From Thermoproteota archaeon (GTDB taxonomy: Archaea > Korarchaeota > Korarchaeia > Korarchaeales > Korarchaeaceae): 64,000 nucleotides of DNA. How positions within the stretch are numbered: the stretch's first letter is position 1; each line of letters starts with the position of its first letter. The notes under the pieces are model-generated. The model ran no database searches. It saw only the letters and a program-made list of their open reading frames with translations, and was not told the origin of the DNA. Shown here in pieces: positions 1 through 9,901 of this stretch. The stretch spans positions 129,123-193,122 of the forward strand of contig JAOZFN010000011.1 in NCBI GenBank assembly GCA_027492205.1, read 5' to 3'. A program made the translations under genes and the position numbers.

Positions 1-1
1 T

Positions 2-229
2 GCTCGGGAGTAGGAGGCCCGTCAGGGGGCCGGTGGCGAAGATGAGCCGGTTCTCCGGAGAGAGCGGGTCGGTGCCCTTCTCGAGCTCGTCCCAAAGTAT
101 CTTGGCGGCAAAACCCCTTCCCCCCAAGAGCTCGACGGCCACCTTTGGGCTGAGGTCCTGAACGGAGTGCTTACCCCTCTCCAGGTCCACCCTGAGTATG
201 CGACCGGTCCAGCCTCCGGAGATCCTCAT
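2..229 (-). CDS. Aldehyde ferredoxin oxidoreductase family protein, N-terminus (runs off window start)
   Basis: Manual translation from ATG 229 gives [23 protein letters not shown]...[38 protein letters not shown], the classic AOR N-terminal motifs. Confidence 0.9.
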   Translation of the reverse strand, partial: MRISGGWTGRILRVDLERGKHSVQDLSPKVAVELLGGRGFAAKILWDELEKGTDPLSPENRLIFATGPLTGLLLPS

Positions 230-274
230 GGGAACCGACCGATCTCTGTTGAATGTAAAAGATATAAACCTCCA

Positions 275-1015
275 TTACCTGGCCTGCGAGAGGAACAAAG
301 CCCCAGTTCCAGGGCCGAGACCCAGATGACCGACCGCCTCAGGCCTTCTCGCCCGACCCAGCCCTCGGGGGTGCTGAGTATCCTGGAGACCGAGGTCCTG
401 GGCCAGCAACACCCCCCTCGGAGAGGGGCTCCACGCCCGGGGGTGACCACAGGCCATCAGTCAGCCTGGCGAGCACCCTGATCCCCCTGCACCTTCGCCC
501 TGGGTACGCCGGCCCTCTACAGGGCCTGGCCCGTCGTGGCGTCTCCGAAGACCACCCTCACGCCGATCCCCCCGAGCTCCTCCACTGCCTCGTTCCTGTC
601 CCTGTCGGAGGGCAGGAAGAGCGCCACCACCTCCATCCCGGCCCGTCTGAGGTCCCTGGCCACCCTCCTCCCCAGGTGGCCCAGGCCTACCACAACCGCG
701 TGCCCCTCCATCGCCCTCACCCTTATCTCCGTTCTCGTCTCGCGGTCGAGGCTCTCGACCTCCACGAAGCCGAGGACGGGCACAATCCTGAGAGAGAAGA
801 AGGACACCCAGATGAGCCACTCGTGCGGGTCCCTGGGGGTCCTTATCTCCTCCCGAGCTCGAAGACCCCCCTGAGGGTCTCACCCCCCTGGCGTACGCGG
901 AGATCGCCGCTATGAGCGCCATGAGGCCCACAAAGGCCAGGGTCGTCCTCAGGGCCCGAGAGTAGGCGAGGACGACCCTGATCGCCAGGCGGAGCCAGCC
1001 CATGCGGGTGATCAC
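275..1015 (-). pseudogene. Disrupted TrkA-N (RCK) domain potassium channel/transport protein
   Basis: A hydrophobic N-terminal piece lies in one frame. HAVVVGLGHLGRRVARDL...VVFGDAT (NAD-binding RCK) lies in another. An in-frame TAG at 517-519 interrupts ...GQAL*RAGVPRAK. The 3' limit is uncertain. Confidence 0.65.
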
Positions 1016-1169
1016 ACCCGGCCGAGGCGCCGGCGGTTGAAGTTAACCGTTTTTCCAACGCGGCGCGACCCCGACCACCCGCCCGGGCCTCGGAGAAAGG
1101 GGTGGGAAGCCGGTTGACGCGGCCTTCGCCGCTCCACTTATATTCGCGTGGGAACCCCCGAGCCGTCGG

Positions 1170-2126
1170 ATGCCGCGCCCACTCCTGATCTCGGTCTTCC
1201 TGGCCCTCTCCCTGGTGGTAGGCGCCGCGGCTGCCTGGGCCGACGGGGTCGACTTCTCCCTGACCTGGGCCTTCGACAGCTGGGCGAACGACCAGGCAGG
1301 GGAGGTCGTTTGGGTATACGAGCCCGGGGAGACCGCGATCTTGGACATCAACCTGACAAATCAGTGCGACCTGACCTTTGAGGTCGAGCGTGTCAGACTG
1401 ATCGCGGAGTGGATGGCTGAGGGCGAGCACGCCGAGCTGGCAGTCAATCCGCCGGTGAAGGTCACCCCCCAGGGGGAGGCTACGCTGGGGAGGTTGGCCG
1501 TGAGAATCCCTGGGGACCTCAGGCCGGGCGCGTACTACTACGAGTTCGAGGTGGACGTCCGAGTACTGTACGGTGACGAGTGGAGGGTCGAGACTTACAC
1601 GGCCCCCGGGTTCAGGGACCTCTTGGTGGCCCCCGGCAGGGCTCGGTTGGACGTCGACTACGACACCGAGGAGGGCTTCACCTCCAGGAGCGGCGGAGAG
1701 GTGAGGTTCAGGGTTCACGTGGCGAACGAGGGAACCGCGGCCACTACGGTGGAGTACGTCAGGATCTACCCTGGTTGGCCGGGAGGAGAGTACGGGGGAG
1801 AGTTCTTCAACTGCCTAGAACCCGGCAGCGAGCCTCTGCTTGGTCCGGGCGAGGAACTGAACCTGGAGTGCAGGATCCCGATACCCTCCGACGTCCCGGA
1901 GGGCAGGTACGTCTCGTCCTTGGAGGTGGGGACCGTCACCGAGATTCTGGGCGGTCTGTACAGGGAGCTCTGGTCGCCCGGGTATGGCGTAGACTACGAG
2001 GTCTTGAAGCCGGAGCCCTTCATCGAGAAATACAAGGAGGCCCTGGGCATCCTCACAGCAACCGCGTCCGCGGTCTCCGTGGTGATAGGGGTCTACAAGA
2101 AGTGGAAGGGCGGGTCGAAGGGCTGA
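1170..2126 (+). CDS. Secreted/surface protein with Ig-like beta domains and C-terminal TM anchor
   Basis: Signal peptide (LLISVFLALSLVVGAAAAWA), two beta-rich domains (INLTNQ, VHVANEG..., IPSDVPEGRY), then a C-terminal hydrophobic helix followed by KKWK. Confidence 0.7.
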   Translation: MPRPLLISVFLALSLVVGAAAAWADGVDFSLTWAFDSWANDQAGEVVWVYEPGETAILDINLTNQCDLTFEVERVRLIAEWMAEGEHAELAVNPPVKVTPQGEATLGRLAVRIPGDLRPGAYYYEFEVDVRVLYGDEWRVETYTAPGFRDLLVAPGRARLDVDYDTEEGFTSRSGGEVRFRVHVANEGTAATTVEYVRIYPGWPGGEYGGEFFNCLEPGSEPLLGPGEELNLECRIPIPSDVPEGRYVSSLEVGTVTEILGGLYRELWSPGYGVDYEVLKPEPFIEKYKEALGILTATASAVSVVIGVYKKWKGGSKG

Positions 2127-2148
2127 CCCAGGCGGGTCGCCCGGCTCC

Positions 2149-2496
2149 TCATTTCGCCCCGTCCGGCCTCTCGAGCCTCTGCCAGAGTTCAGACGCCGAC
2201 CTGAGGACCCTCCCCACCGACTCCGCTCCCTTGGCGGTGGGCCTGTAGCAGGTGACGTACCTGAGCCCCCTGAGGCACCTGAACCTCTTGATGTAGCCCT
2301 CCCTCTCTAGTCTGTCCAGGTGCGCCCCCAGGTTTCCGGGGGTCAGCCCGAGGACTTCGCGGATCTCTGAGAACGTCGCCTGTCCCCTGAGCAGGAGGAT
2401 CAGCATTATAGCCAGCCTGGCCGGGGAGGACAGCGGCCCCTGAGAGAGGGTGGAGAGGAACTCCCTGACGGCTCCGCCCGGGCCCTCAGCGTCCAC
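2149..2496 (-). CDS. Winged-helix transcriptional regulator (ArsR/MarR-like)
   Basis: RLAIMLILLLRGQATFSEIREVLGLTPGNLGAHLDRLEREGYI motif. Confidence 0.85.
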   Translation of the reverse strand: MDAEGPGGAVREFLSTLSQGPLSSPARLAIMLILLLRGQATFSEIREVLGLTPGNLGAHLDRLEREGYIKRFRCLRGLRYVTCYRPTAKGAESVGRVLRSASELWQRLERPDGAK

Positions 2497-3157
2497 CTGA
2501 GAGCACCCTCCTGGCCTTCGCCGCGTAGGAGAGCCCGGCCCAGGCGTAGCTCAGGGAGATGGTCAGGATCATCGCCACGTACTGGGTCACGTCGCTGTCC
2601 AGGGGCAGAAGCAGGGGCACCGAGGCCAGGTTGACCGCCCCGACTATCGCGGGCTCCCTGCCCGGGTCCCTCCCCCTCAACCTCTCGACTGCCCAGTTGG
2701 ATAGGTTCCCCAGGCCGAGCGCCGGGCAGAGGCTGATGGTGAGCTTGTCGGCCCACGTGAGGTGGTAGAACCTGCCGACGGCGAGGGGGAGGCCGGCCCC
2801 GACGGCGAAGGCCAGGACCCACGCCGCCGCGACCCGCGACCTCGCCCTCAGCCACGGCGTCTCACGATCCGAGAGCGCCCTCGACAGCTCCTCCACCCTC
2901 GACATGTTCTCGGCGAAGGCCCGCGTTATCAGGGCGGCTATGGTCAGCCATATGGCGGCCTGCAGGGCGCCGACGGTCCCGGGCGAAGCTGGCAGGGCGC
3001 TCACCGCCAGGGAGAGGCCTCCCCCCAGAAGCCCCGCCGCCGCCCACCAGGCGTAGAGCTTCGATACGGCGGCCAATCGCTCGTACTCCAGGTATCTCCT
3101 CAGGCGGTCGAGGGTCCTGGTGAACTCCCTGAGGTTCTCGATGTCCGCATCCGGCAC
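2486..3157 (-). CDS. Hypothetical multi-pass membrane protein
   Basis: About six hydrophobic segments. It overlaps the wHTH gene, suggesting an operon. Confidence 0.7.
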   Translation of the reverse strand: MPDADIENLREFTRTLDRLRRYLEYERLAAVSKLYAWWAAAGLLGGGLSLAVSALPASPGTVGALQAAIWLTIAALITRAFAENMSRVEELSRALSDRETPWLRARSRVAAAWVLAFAVGAGLPLAVGRFYHLTWADKLTISLCPALGLGNLSNWAVERLRGRDPGREPAIVGAVNLASVPLLLPLDSDVTQYVAMILTISLSYAWAGLSYAAKARRVLSGGR

Positions 3158-3254
3158 GCGCCCCCCTCCGGCGCTCTAAATTAACCTCCCACCTTTGTCT
3201 GCGGCGCAGAGGACCGCACCACCTTATAATCAGGGGCGTGGGCTTTAGGGCGGC

Positions 3255-4190
3255 ATGCCGGCGGTAGAGGTGAACGAGGTTCGGAAGTCCTACGGGGACG
3301 TGGTGGCGCTGGACGGGGTCTCCCTGGCCGTCGACGACGGTGAGATCTACGGCCTGCTGGGACCAAACGGGGCCGGAAAGACGACGCTCATGGAGATCAT
3401 AGCTGGCCTGAGGGCCCCGGACTCGGGGGAGGTGAGGGTGCTAGGGGTCGACGTCGTCGAGCATCCCAGGAGGGTCAGGGAGCTCGTCGGCTTCAACCCC
3501 CAGGAGACCCTCCTGTACGACTCCCTCACCGCCAGGGAGAACCTCGAGTTCGTCGCGGCGCTGTACTCCATGCCCCGCGACGAGTTTCAGAGGAGGCTCG
3601 AGGAGCTCACCGATCTGCTGGGAATGGCTGAGTTCCTGGACAGACGGACGGGGAAGCTCTCCGGAGGACAGCGGAGGAGGGTGAGCCTAGCAGCCTCGCT
3701 CCTCCACCGGCCGCCGGTCATAATTCTGGACGAGCCCACCGTTGGCCTGGACCCGGACGCAAGGAGGGACTTCTGGGACCTCATAGAGGGGCTGAGGTCG
3801 GAGGGCCGCACGCTGCTCATCAGCACTCACTACATGGAGGAGGCGGACGAGCTGTGCGACAGGGTGGCGATAATCGACCGGGGGAGGATAGTCGCGGTCG
3901 GGCGACCGGAGGAGCTGAAGGCCAGGCGCGGGGGGAGGTCCAAGGTGATCGTGAGGGTCAGGAGGAGGCACGTGGACAGGGCGCTGGAGATCTTGGGGGG
4001 TCACTCGCCCTCGCTGACCGCCGATGGCATCGTGATCGAGGCCGAGGACCCGAGGACCCTCGTCCCCGACTTGGTCTCTCTCCTCCAGTCGAAGGGGGTC
4101 GACCCGGAGAGCGTCGAGATCAGGTCTCCGACTCTGGAGGACGTGTTCCTGAACCTCACCGGGAGGAGACTCGCGGAGGTGGTCGAATGA
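3255..4190 (+). CDS. ABC-2 type exporter ATP-binding protein
   Basis: GPNGAGKTT, LSGGQ, ILDEPT, STHYMEEA. Confidence 0.95.
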   Translation: MPAVEVNEVRKSYGDVVALDGVSLAVDDGEIYGLLGPNGAGKTTLMEIIAGLRAPDSGEVRVLGVDVVEHPRRVRELVGFNPQETLLYDSLTARENLEFVAALYSMPRDEFQRRLEELTDLLGMAEFLDRRTGKLSGGQRRRVSLAASLLHRPPVIILDEPTVGLDPDARRDFWDLIEGLRSEGRTLLISTHYMEEADELCDRVAIIDRGRIVAVGRPEELKARRGGRSKVIVRVRRRHVDRALEILGGHSPSLTADGIVIEAEDPRTLVPDLVSLLQSKGVDPESVEIRSPTLEDVFLNLTGRRLAEVVE

Positions 4191-5416
4191 GGCCCTGGGC
4201 GGCGATCGCGAAGAAGGACGCGCTCCTCTTCTTCAGGAGCAGGTCCACCCTCTTCTGGACCCTCGCGTTCCCCCTGGTCATGATGCTGCTCTTCTCGGCG
4301 ATATTCGGGGGGCAGGGCGGCTCTATGTACGACGTGGCGCTGGTGGACCGCGACGGCGGTCAGCTGGCCCGCGCCTTCGCGGGGGCCCTGAACTCCACCG
4401 GCCTGTTCAACCTCCACCGATTTGACGACCTCGAGGTCGCGAGGGAGGCCGTGAAGCTGGGGAGGGAGGACCTAGTCGGCCTCCTGGTGATTCCTCCGGG
4501 CTTCACCGAGAACCTGACCTCCGGCAGGGGGGCTAGGATACAGTTCTTCGTCAGGGAGGGGAGCCCACAGACGCAGCAGGCCGTCGCGTCCATGATCGCC
4601 GGGTTCGTCGAGGGGTTCAACGAGGAGTACAGGCGCAGGGCCCTAGAGATGATGTCGGCCTACATCCCCGAGAACCTCTCGGTCCACGGGCTCGGGGGGG
4701 CCATGACCAGGGAGGACCTGATCGAGTACCTCGAGACTTTCGCAAGCCCGGTCGACGTCAGGGTGGCCCTGATCAGCAGGCCGGAGGTGACCTCCGAGAC
4801 CGCGGCCTACTGGGAGAACGAGGGGCACTGGGTCTCCATAATGTTCGCCTACTCGTTCATATTCTCAGGGATGGTCGGGGCTGCGGCCTTGCTGGCCGGG
4901 GAGAAGATGGCCAAGACGCTGAAGAGGATCAGGATGTCCCCGGCCTCGATATGGCAGCTGCTGGCGGGAAAGGTCGTCGGCGAGCTGGTCATCCTCACGC
5001 TGTCACAGATCGCGCTCGTCGCCGCCACGGTCCTGATCCTGAGGCCGCAGATAAACTGGAGTCCGGCCCTCGTGCCGCTGATCTTGGCCGGGGACCTTGC
5101 CGGGGCAAGCCTCGGCCTTCTCGTGGCGGAGGCCTCCCCCGACCCTCGGGCAGCGGCCGAGGCGACGACGGCCGTCGGCGTCTTCCTGCAGTTCTTCATA
5201 GGGATGTACTTCCCGGTGCAGTTCCTCCCCGGTCCGCTGAGGGCGTTTGCCAGGGTTCTTCCGTTCACCAAGGCCGTCCAGGCCCTCGACCTGATCCTCC
5301 TTCAGGGGTACGGCCTAGAGCAGGTGGTGGCTCCGGCCGCCTATCTCTCTATATCGGCCGTCATCTTCACGGCTCTGGCCGTGGCGCTGTTCCCGAAGTG
5401 GGCTGGCGAGGAGTAG
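4187..5416 (+). CDS. ABC-2 type exporter permease
   Basis: ATG 4187 overlaps the ATPase stop (ATGA). LFWTLAFPL, a large extracellular loop, and five C-terminal TM helices. Confidence 0.9.
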   Translation: MRPWAAIAKKDALLFFRSRSTLFWTLAFPLVMMLLFSAIFGGQGGSMYDVALVDRDGGQLARAFAGALNSTGLFNLHRFDDLEVAREAVKLGREDLVGLLVIPPGFTENLTSGRGARIQFFVREGSPQTQQAVASMIAGFVEGFNEEYRRRALEMMSAYIPENLSVHGLGGAMTREDLIEYLETFASPVDVRVALISRPEVTSETAAYWENEGHWVSIMFAYSFIFSGMVGAAALLAGEKMAKTLKRIRMSPASIWQLLAGKVVGELVILTLSQIALVAATVLILRPQINWSPALVPLILAGDLAGASLGLLVAEASPDPRAAAEATTAVGVFLQFFIGMYFPVQFLPGPLRAFARVLPFTKAVQALDLILLQGYGLEQVVAPAAYLSISAVIFTALAVALFPKWAGEE

Positions 5417-5460
5417 CCGGGGTCGCCGAGATCCTGGTGGGGGGAGGGGGCCTCCTGACC

Positions 5461-6735
5461 CTACCCCTCGGCCCTTCGTCTCCTCCCCCACCTTATCTTT
5501 GCGGTGAGTATCTTCTCGGAGGAGAATATCCTGTCGGCCACCGCGGCAACCCCCAGCGTCCAGGCGCAGAGGTAGAGGACGCTGGCGGCGTAGGCACCCC
5601 AATCCCTCCACACCAGGGCCTGAGACGCGAGGGCCAAGTGAGAGAACGGAATCGCCTGCAGCGCGAGCGCCGCGGCCCTGGGAAGAGACCGAATGTCGGC
5701 GAACATGAGCAGAAACGCCGGCAGGAAGACCAAGACGAACAGGTTACTCACCAGCGCCTGGGCCGATCTCACGTCCTCGGTGAAGGCCGCCAGGACCGTG
5801 GCCAGCGTCAGGGCGAGCATGTTGGCTGCGACCAGCGAAACGCCGAGGGCGACGACCTCTCTGGGCCCCAGCAGGCTCAGCTCCGCCGTGGGGCCCTCGG
5901 CGCCGGCGGGAGTGACCACCCTCATGTAGTAGACGAGCCCCGCGATTACGCCCGCGCTGCCGAGAGTGGCCACGACGGCTGATCCTGAGAGCTTGGCCAG
6001 GAGTATGCTCCTCCGGCTCACGGGGAGCGTCAAAAGCGTCTCAAGCGTCTTCTCCTCCTTCTCAACCGCGATCGAAGTTGCCGCGATCTGCATCGCGAAT
6101 ATCAGAACAAGGGAGGCCACCATGGGCAGCATGGTCGCCTGCCCCGCGATCGCTCCCGCGACGGCGTCGGGCGGGACGTCGAGCACCTGCCCCCTGAACA
6201 CCGAGGAGTAGGAGACCTGGAGCGGGTCGAGCACCGCCTGCGGATCCGAGACACCCAGCTCCTCCACTAGGGCAGACGCGAGCGCCTGGGAGGCGGCGTC
6301 TATGGCCCCGCCGAGCCTGCCCGTGAACATGACGGAGGAGAACCCTCCCCTCTCGAAGAAGACGGTGACCCTCACAGGGATCCTCTCTCCGGACCTGAGG
6401 GACTCTCCAAATCCTTCGGGAATCTCTATCAGGGCCCCGGCCCCTAGGGACAGGGCCTCCCGCATCGCGTCCTCCGGCGACGTGACCTCGAGCACGGTCC
6501 CGGTGGCCTTGAGCGCGGCGACCACGACGGCCGACTCCCTGGAGTGGTCGAGGTCCAGCACCGCGACGGGCGTGGTGAGGGCGGTCCTCTCGGCCGCGGA
6601 CATCGAGGCCCGGGTGGCGAGCCCTATCACGGGGTAGAGGATCGTTGGCAGCAGGATCATCCCCACCAGGATCTTCGGGTCGCGAAGGAGGTCGAGGACC
6701 TCCTTCCTGACCAGGCTCCTCAGCGCCCCGCTCAT
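5461..6735 (-). CDS. ABC permease, NatB-like
   Basis: KEVLDLLRDPK and SIAVEKEEKTLETLLTLPVSR..ILLAKL motifs. Confidence 0.9.
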   Translation of the reverse strand: MSGALRSLVRKEVLDLLRDPKILVGMILLPTILYPVIGLATRASMSAAERTALTTPVAVLDLDHSRESAVVVAALKATGTVLEVTSPEDAMREALSLGAGALIEIPEGFGESLRSGERIPVRVTVFFERGGFSSVMFTGRLGGAIDAASQALASALVEELGVSDPQAVLDPLQVSYSSVFRGQVLDVPPDAVAGAIAGQATMLPMVASLVLIFAMQIAATSIAVEKEEKTLETLLTLPVSRRSILLAKLSGSAVVATLGSAGVIAGLVYYMRVVTPAGAEGPTAELSLLGPREVVALGVSLVAANMLALTLATVLAAFTEDVRSAQALVSNLFVLVFLPAFLLMFADIRSLPRAAALALQAIPFSHLALASQALVWRDWGAYAASVLYLCAWTLGVAAVADRIFSSEKILTAKIRWGRRRRAEG

Positions 6736-7460
6736 ACGGCCGCCACCCCCACGAAGACCTCCTCGAGGTCGCCGGCGCTGTACTTGGCCTTCAGCTCAGA
6801 GGGCTCGCCCTCTATCAGCAGCCTGCCCCTGTGCAGGAGCCCGACCCTGTCGCACAGCCTCTCGACCTCCAGCATGTTGTGGCTCGACAGTATCACGGTC
6901 AACCCCTTCTCATCCACGTACTCCCTGATCACCCTCCTGACGTGGTGGGCGTGTATCACGTCCAGCCCGCTGGTGGGCTCGTCCAGTATCGCGAGCCTGG
7001 GCCTGACCATGAGGGCCCTGGCCAGGGTGAGCCTCCTCTTCATGCCCCTGCTGTAGGTCTTGACCCTGTCCCTTATCCTGTCGCCGAGCGCGGCTATCCG
7101 GACGCCCTCCTCCACCATCTCCTCCAGCTCGGACTCGTCCCTGGCGTAGAAGGAGGCCATGAACTTCAGGAACTCCAGACCCGAGAGGTTCCGATAGGCG
7201 CCGGCCTCCTCAGGGAGGTAGCTCATCACCGCCCTGGCCTCCTCAGGCCTCTCCAGCACGTCTATGCCAAAGACCTCGACCGAGCCGGAGTCAGGCCTCA
7301 GGAGGGTGGCGATTATTCGCAGGGTCGTGGTCTTTCCGGCGCCGTTGGGTCCAATCAGGCCGTAGATCTCTCCCTGGTTTACGACGAGGTCCAGTCCCTT
7401 GAGGGCCTCCACCTTGCCGTAGCTCTTGTGGAGGCCCCTCACCACCACGCTCGGGGGCAT
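6732..7460 (-). CDS. ABC ATP-binding protein, NatA-like
   Basis: GPNGAGKTT, YSRGM, LDEPTSGLD, SSHNMLEVE. Confidence 0.95.
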   Translation of the reverse strand: MPPSVVVRGLHKSYGKVEALKGLDLVVNQGEIYGLIGPNGAGKTTTLRIIATLLRPDSGSVEVFGIDVLERPEEARAVMSYLPEEAGAYRNLSGLEFLKFMASFYARDESELEEMVEEGVRIAALGDRIRDRVKTYSRGMKRRLTLARALMVRPRLAILDEPTSGLDVIHAHHVRRVIREYVDEKGLTVILSSHNMLEVERLCDRVGLLHRGRLLIEGEPSELKAKYSAGDLEEVFVGVAAV

Positions 7461-7545
7461 CGACGGGCCTAGCCTGAGCTGGAGCTTTAACCGTTCAGCG
7501 GGTGGAGTTTACGACCGCACCCGGAGAAAAACTGGAGAGGGGGTG

Positions 7546-8680
7546 TTACCCCTCGACCTCGGCGGGCATGAACAGCCCGACTATGGTCTTGATGCCGAAA
7601 GTCTGGATGACGTTCAGCATGAACGCCAGAAACCCTAGGGTGAGCAGGGCGCCGAAGAACGCGGCTGACGCCATGTAGGGCAGGTAGGCGTCGGTGAAGT
7701 AGAGGGTCCTCCTGGCATCCCGCCGCTCCAGGCCAGCCCCATCGAGAACGACATCCCTATGCCGCCGATCGTTCACAGCCAGAAGTGGAGGTTGCCGAAG
7801 GTCTTGCTCTTCAGCTCCGTCCCTGTGAGCATGGGCGTCAGCGCGTAGATGGCCGCGAAGAGTATGCTGCTGAGTCCTGTGAGGAGCATCTAGTGGACGT
7901 GGAACCCAGGCCCCACTGGGTGTTGTGCAACACCGTGTTGAGGGCGTAGTTTGCCTGGAGGAGGCCGGCCATGCCGCCGAGCAGGAATCCCGTGATTCCT
8001 CCCACCATGAACTTGACCGGCAGGGTCAGCTTGACGGGTCTGGCGAGCCAGAGCGTCATCAGCGCGGCGAAAAACGTCAGGCCCAAGGTGAAGCCCTCGC
8101 CCCAGGTGATGAACTGACCGACACGAGCCTCAGGATCGTGGGCTGAGGCCTGTCGGAGAGCAGGTGGTGGCTCCAGACCCCCATGGATATTATCAGGTCG
8201 GCTAGGACGACGTACCTAACGAACTCCTCGCCGTACAGCTTTCTCCCCGCCAGGAGCGGCGCGAGCAGGTAGAGGGTCCCGGCAGTCCAGATGAGGACGT
8301 CGCCGTCGGCTATCATGTCCAGGCCCCCACCAGTAGATGTTCTTGTAGATCAGCGGGTCGATGACGAGTGGGTCGAGCCCCCCGGCGAACGCCCTGTGGA
8401 GGGTGAACCCAGCTATCAGGGCGCCTGCTCCAGCCAAGACGAACGCGTTGATCACGGCGTCGATAGATCCCCTGAACACGGGCAGCTTCTGCTCCTGGCC
8501 GCCGTCTGGAAGCGTCGGCCTGGATGGCTCGAGGCCGAGGCCCAGCGGGATTCTCCTCCTGGCCCCCCTGAGCGCCCTGACGAGCCCACCTAGTCCGGAG
8601 GAGGCCACGAACAGGCTGACCAGGGTGGCCCTGCCGGTGAGGTCTGGTGGGAAGCGGCCCAGTATCGTGGCGAGTCAAGG
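7546..8680 (-). pseudogene. Heme-copper oxidase subunit I / NO reductase (gNOR-like), 5'-truncated and multiply disrupted
   Basis: Fragments across frames read YKNIYWWG-LDMIADG, VWSHHLLSD, LHNTQW, FHVH, NLHFWL and RRTLYF. Frameshifts lie near 8323, 8118, 7910 and 7720-7735. Stops are TAG 7890-7892 and TGA 7773-7775. Confidence 0.85.
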
Positions 8681-8822
8681 TTATAACTTCTGTGGAGACC
8701 CTCATGAAGGTCGGGAGCAAGCTGCTCGGGGATCTGGTGCCCTGAAGCCGGGGGGCGGCGCGGATCATTCGTCTATAGGATTCGTTCCAATCTGTTTAGT
8801 TCCTAGCGTCTGACAAACCTCG

Positions 8823-9203
8823 GTGAGAACCGTGCCCTGGGTTTGGCTTCCTAGGAGAAGGAAGAGACCCCCTCGTCGACGGAGATCGGCTCCACTTCCT
8901 CCGCCTCCCCCTCCGCCTCCCCCCAGGAGGAGGCTACCCCGTCGGCCCACGGTCGAGGGGGACGGCGTGGACCTGGGCGACGTGGCGAGGTATGGTGGCG
9001 CCGCCGCGCTCGGGGCCGGCGCCGCCCTCCTGTTCGCCTATCGCGACAAGATTGCCAAGGCGCTGAAGGGCAAAGATGAGGTCACGGAAGAGGAGGTCAG
9101 GAGGGCGGTCGAAGACGCCGTGGCCGGCTCCGAAGGGGAGCTGTCAGAGGAGGACAAGGAGGAGATAGTGAGGAGGGTCCTCGAGGAGCTCAGGGGGGAG
9201 TGA
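8823..9203 (+). CDS. Small hypothetical protein: Arg/Pro-rich N-terminus, one TM helix, acidic helical tail
   Basis: The C-terminal part has typical codon usage. An alternative start is GTG 8967, after a GAGGGG RBS. Confidence 0.55.
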   Translation: MRTVPWVWLPRRRKRPPRRRRSAPLPPPPPPPPPRRRLPRRPTVEGDGVDLGDVARYGGAAALGAGAALLFAYRDKIAKALKGKDEVTEEEVRRAVEDAVAGSEGELSEEDKEEIVRRVLEELRGE

Positions 9204-9246
9204 CCCCCCACTCCCACTAATTATTTCTCAGCGGGCACGTCCGCGC

Positions 9247-9750
9247 GTGCCCGTGAGGCTGGACGAGCTCGACCTCAAGATCTTGGCCTTGCTGTCTAGA
9301 GACGGCAGGATCCCTCTCTCGAGGCTCGCAGAGAAGTTGAGGGTGCCCAGGACAACCGTGAACTCCAGGCTCCTCAGACTCAGGGAGGAGGGGGTGCTTG
9401 AGGGTTTTAGGGCCGAGATACCCCCGGACAAGCTGGGATACAAGCTCGTCGCGTTCGTCCTGGTGAAGGTCAGGAGGACCAGGCCCGTCGACGGGATGTC
9501 CAACCAGGAGGTGTTGGCGAGATCCCTGGTCAGACAGACGGCTCAGGACCCCTCCCTCCCCTGGGTTGAGGAGGCTCACATAATCACCGGGGAGTACGAC
9601 CTCCTCCTCAAAGTCCGAGCCAGGGAGCTAGACCAGCTCACGAGGTTTCTAATAGCCCACATGGCTACACATGACGACGTGGTACAGACCCACACCCTCT
9701 TGGCCCTGGAGACGGTCCACGAGGATCACACCCCTCCCCTGAGGCCCTAA
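9247..9750 (+). CDS. Lrp/AsnC family transcriptional regulator
   Basis: LDELDLKILALLSRDGRIPLSRLA HTH, and HIITGEYDLLLKV. Confidence 0.95.
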   Translation: MPVRLDELDLKILALLSRDGRIPLSRLAEKLRVPRTTVNSRLLRLREEGVLEGFRAEIPPDKLGYKLVAFVLVKVRRTRPVDGMSNQEVLARSLVRQTAQDPSLPWVEEAHIITGEYDLLLKVRARELDQLTRFLIAHMATHDDVVQTHTLLALETVHEDHTPPLRP

Positions 9751-9901
9751 CACTTCGACGATCTCTAGACCTTGCCACGGGAATATAGACGATTAATTCT
9801 CCGTGATACTTCATAAGAGACGCCCATCTCCCGCAATATGGCCTCAAGATGACGACAACGGTTTTATCGGCGTTCGGCCGGGAGGCTGGGTGACCGGAGG
9901 G

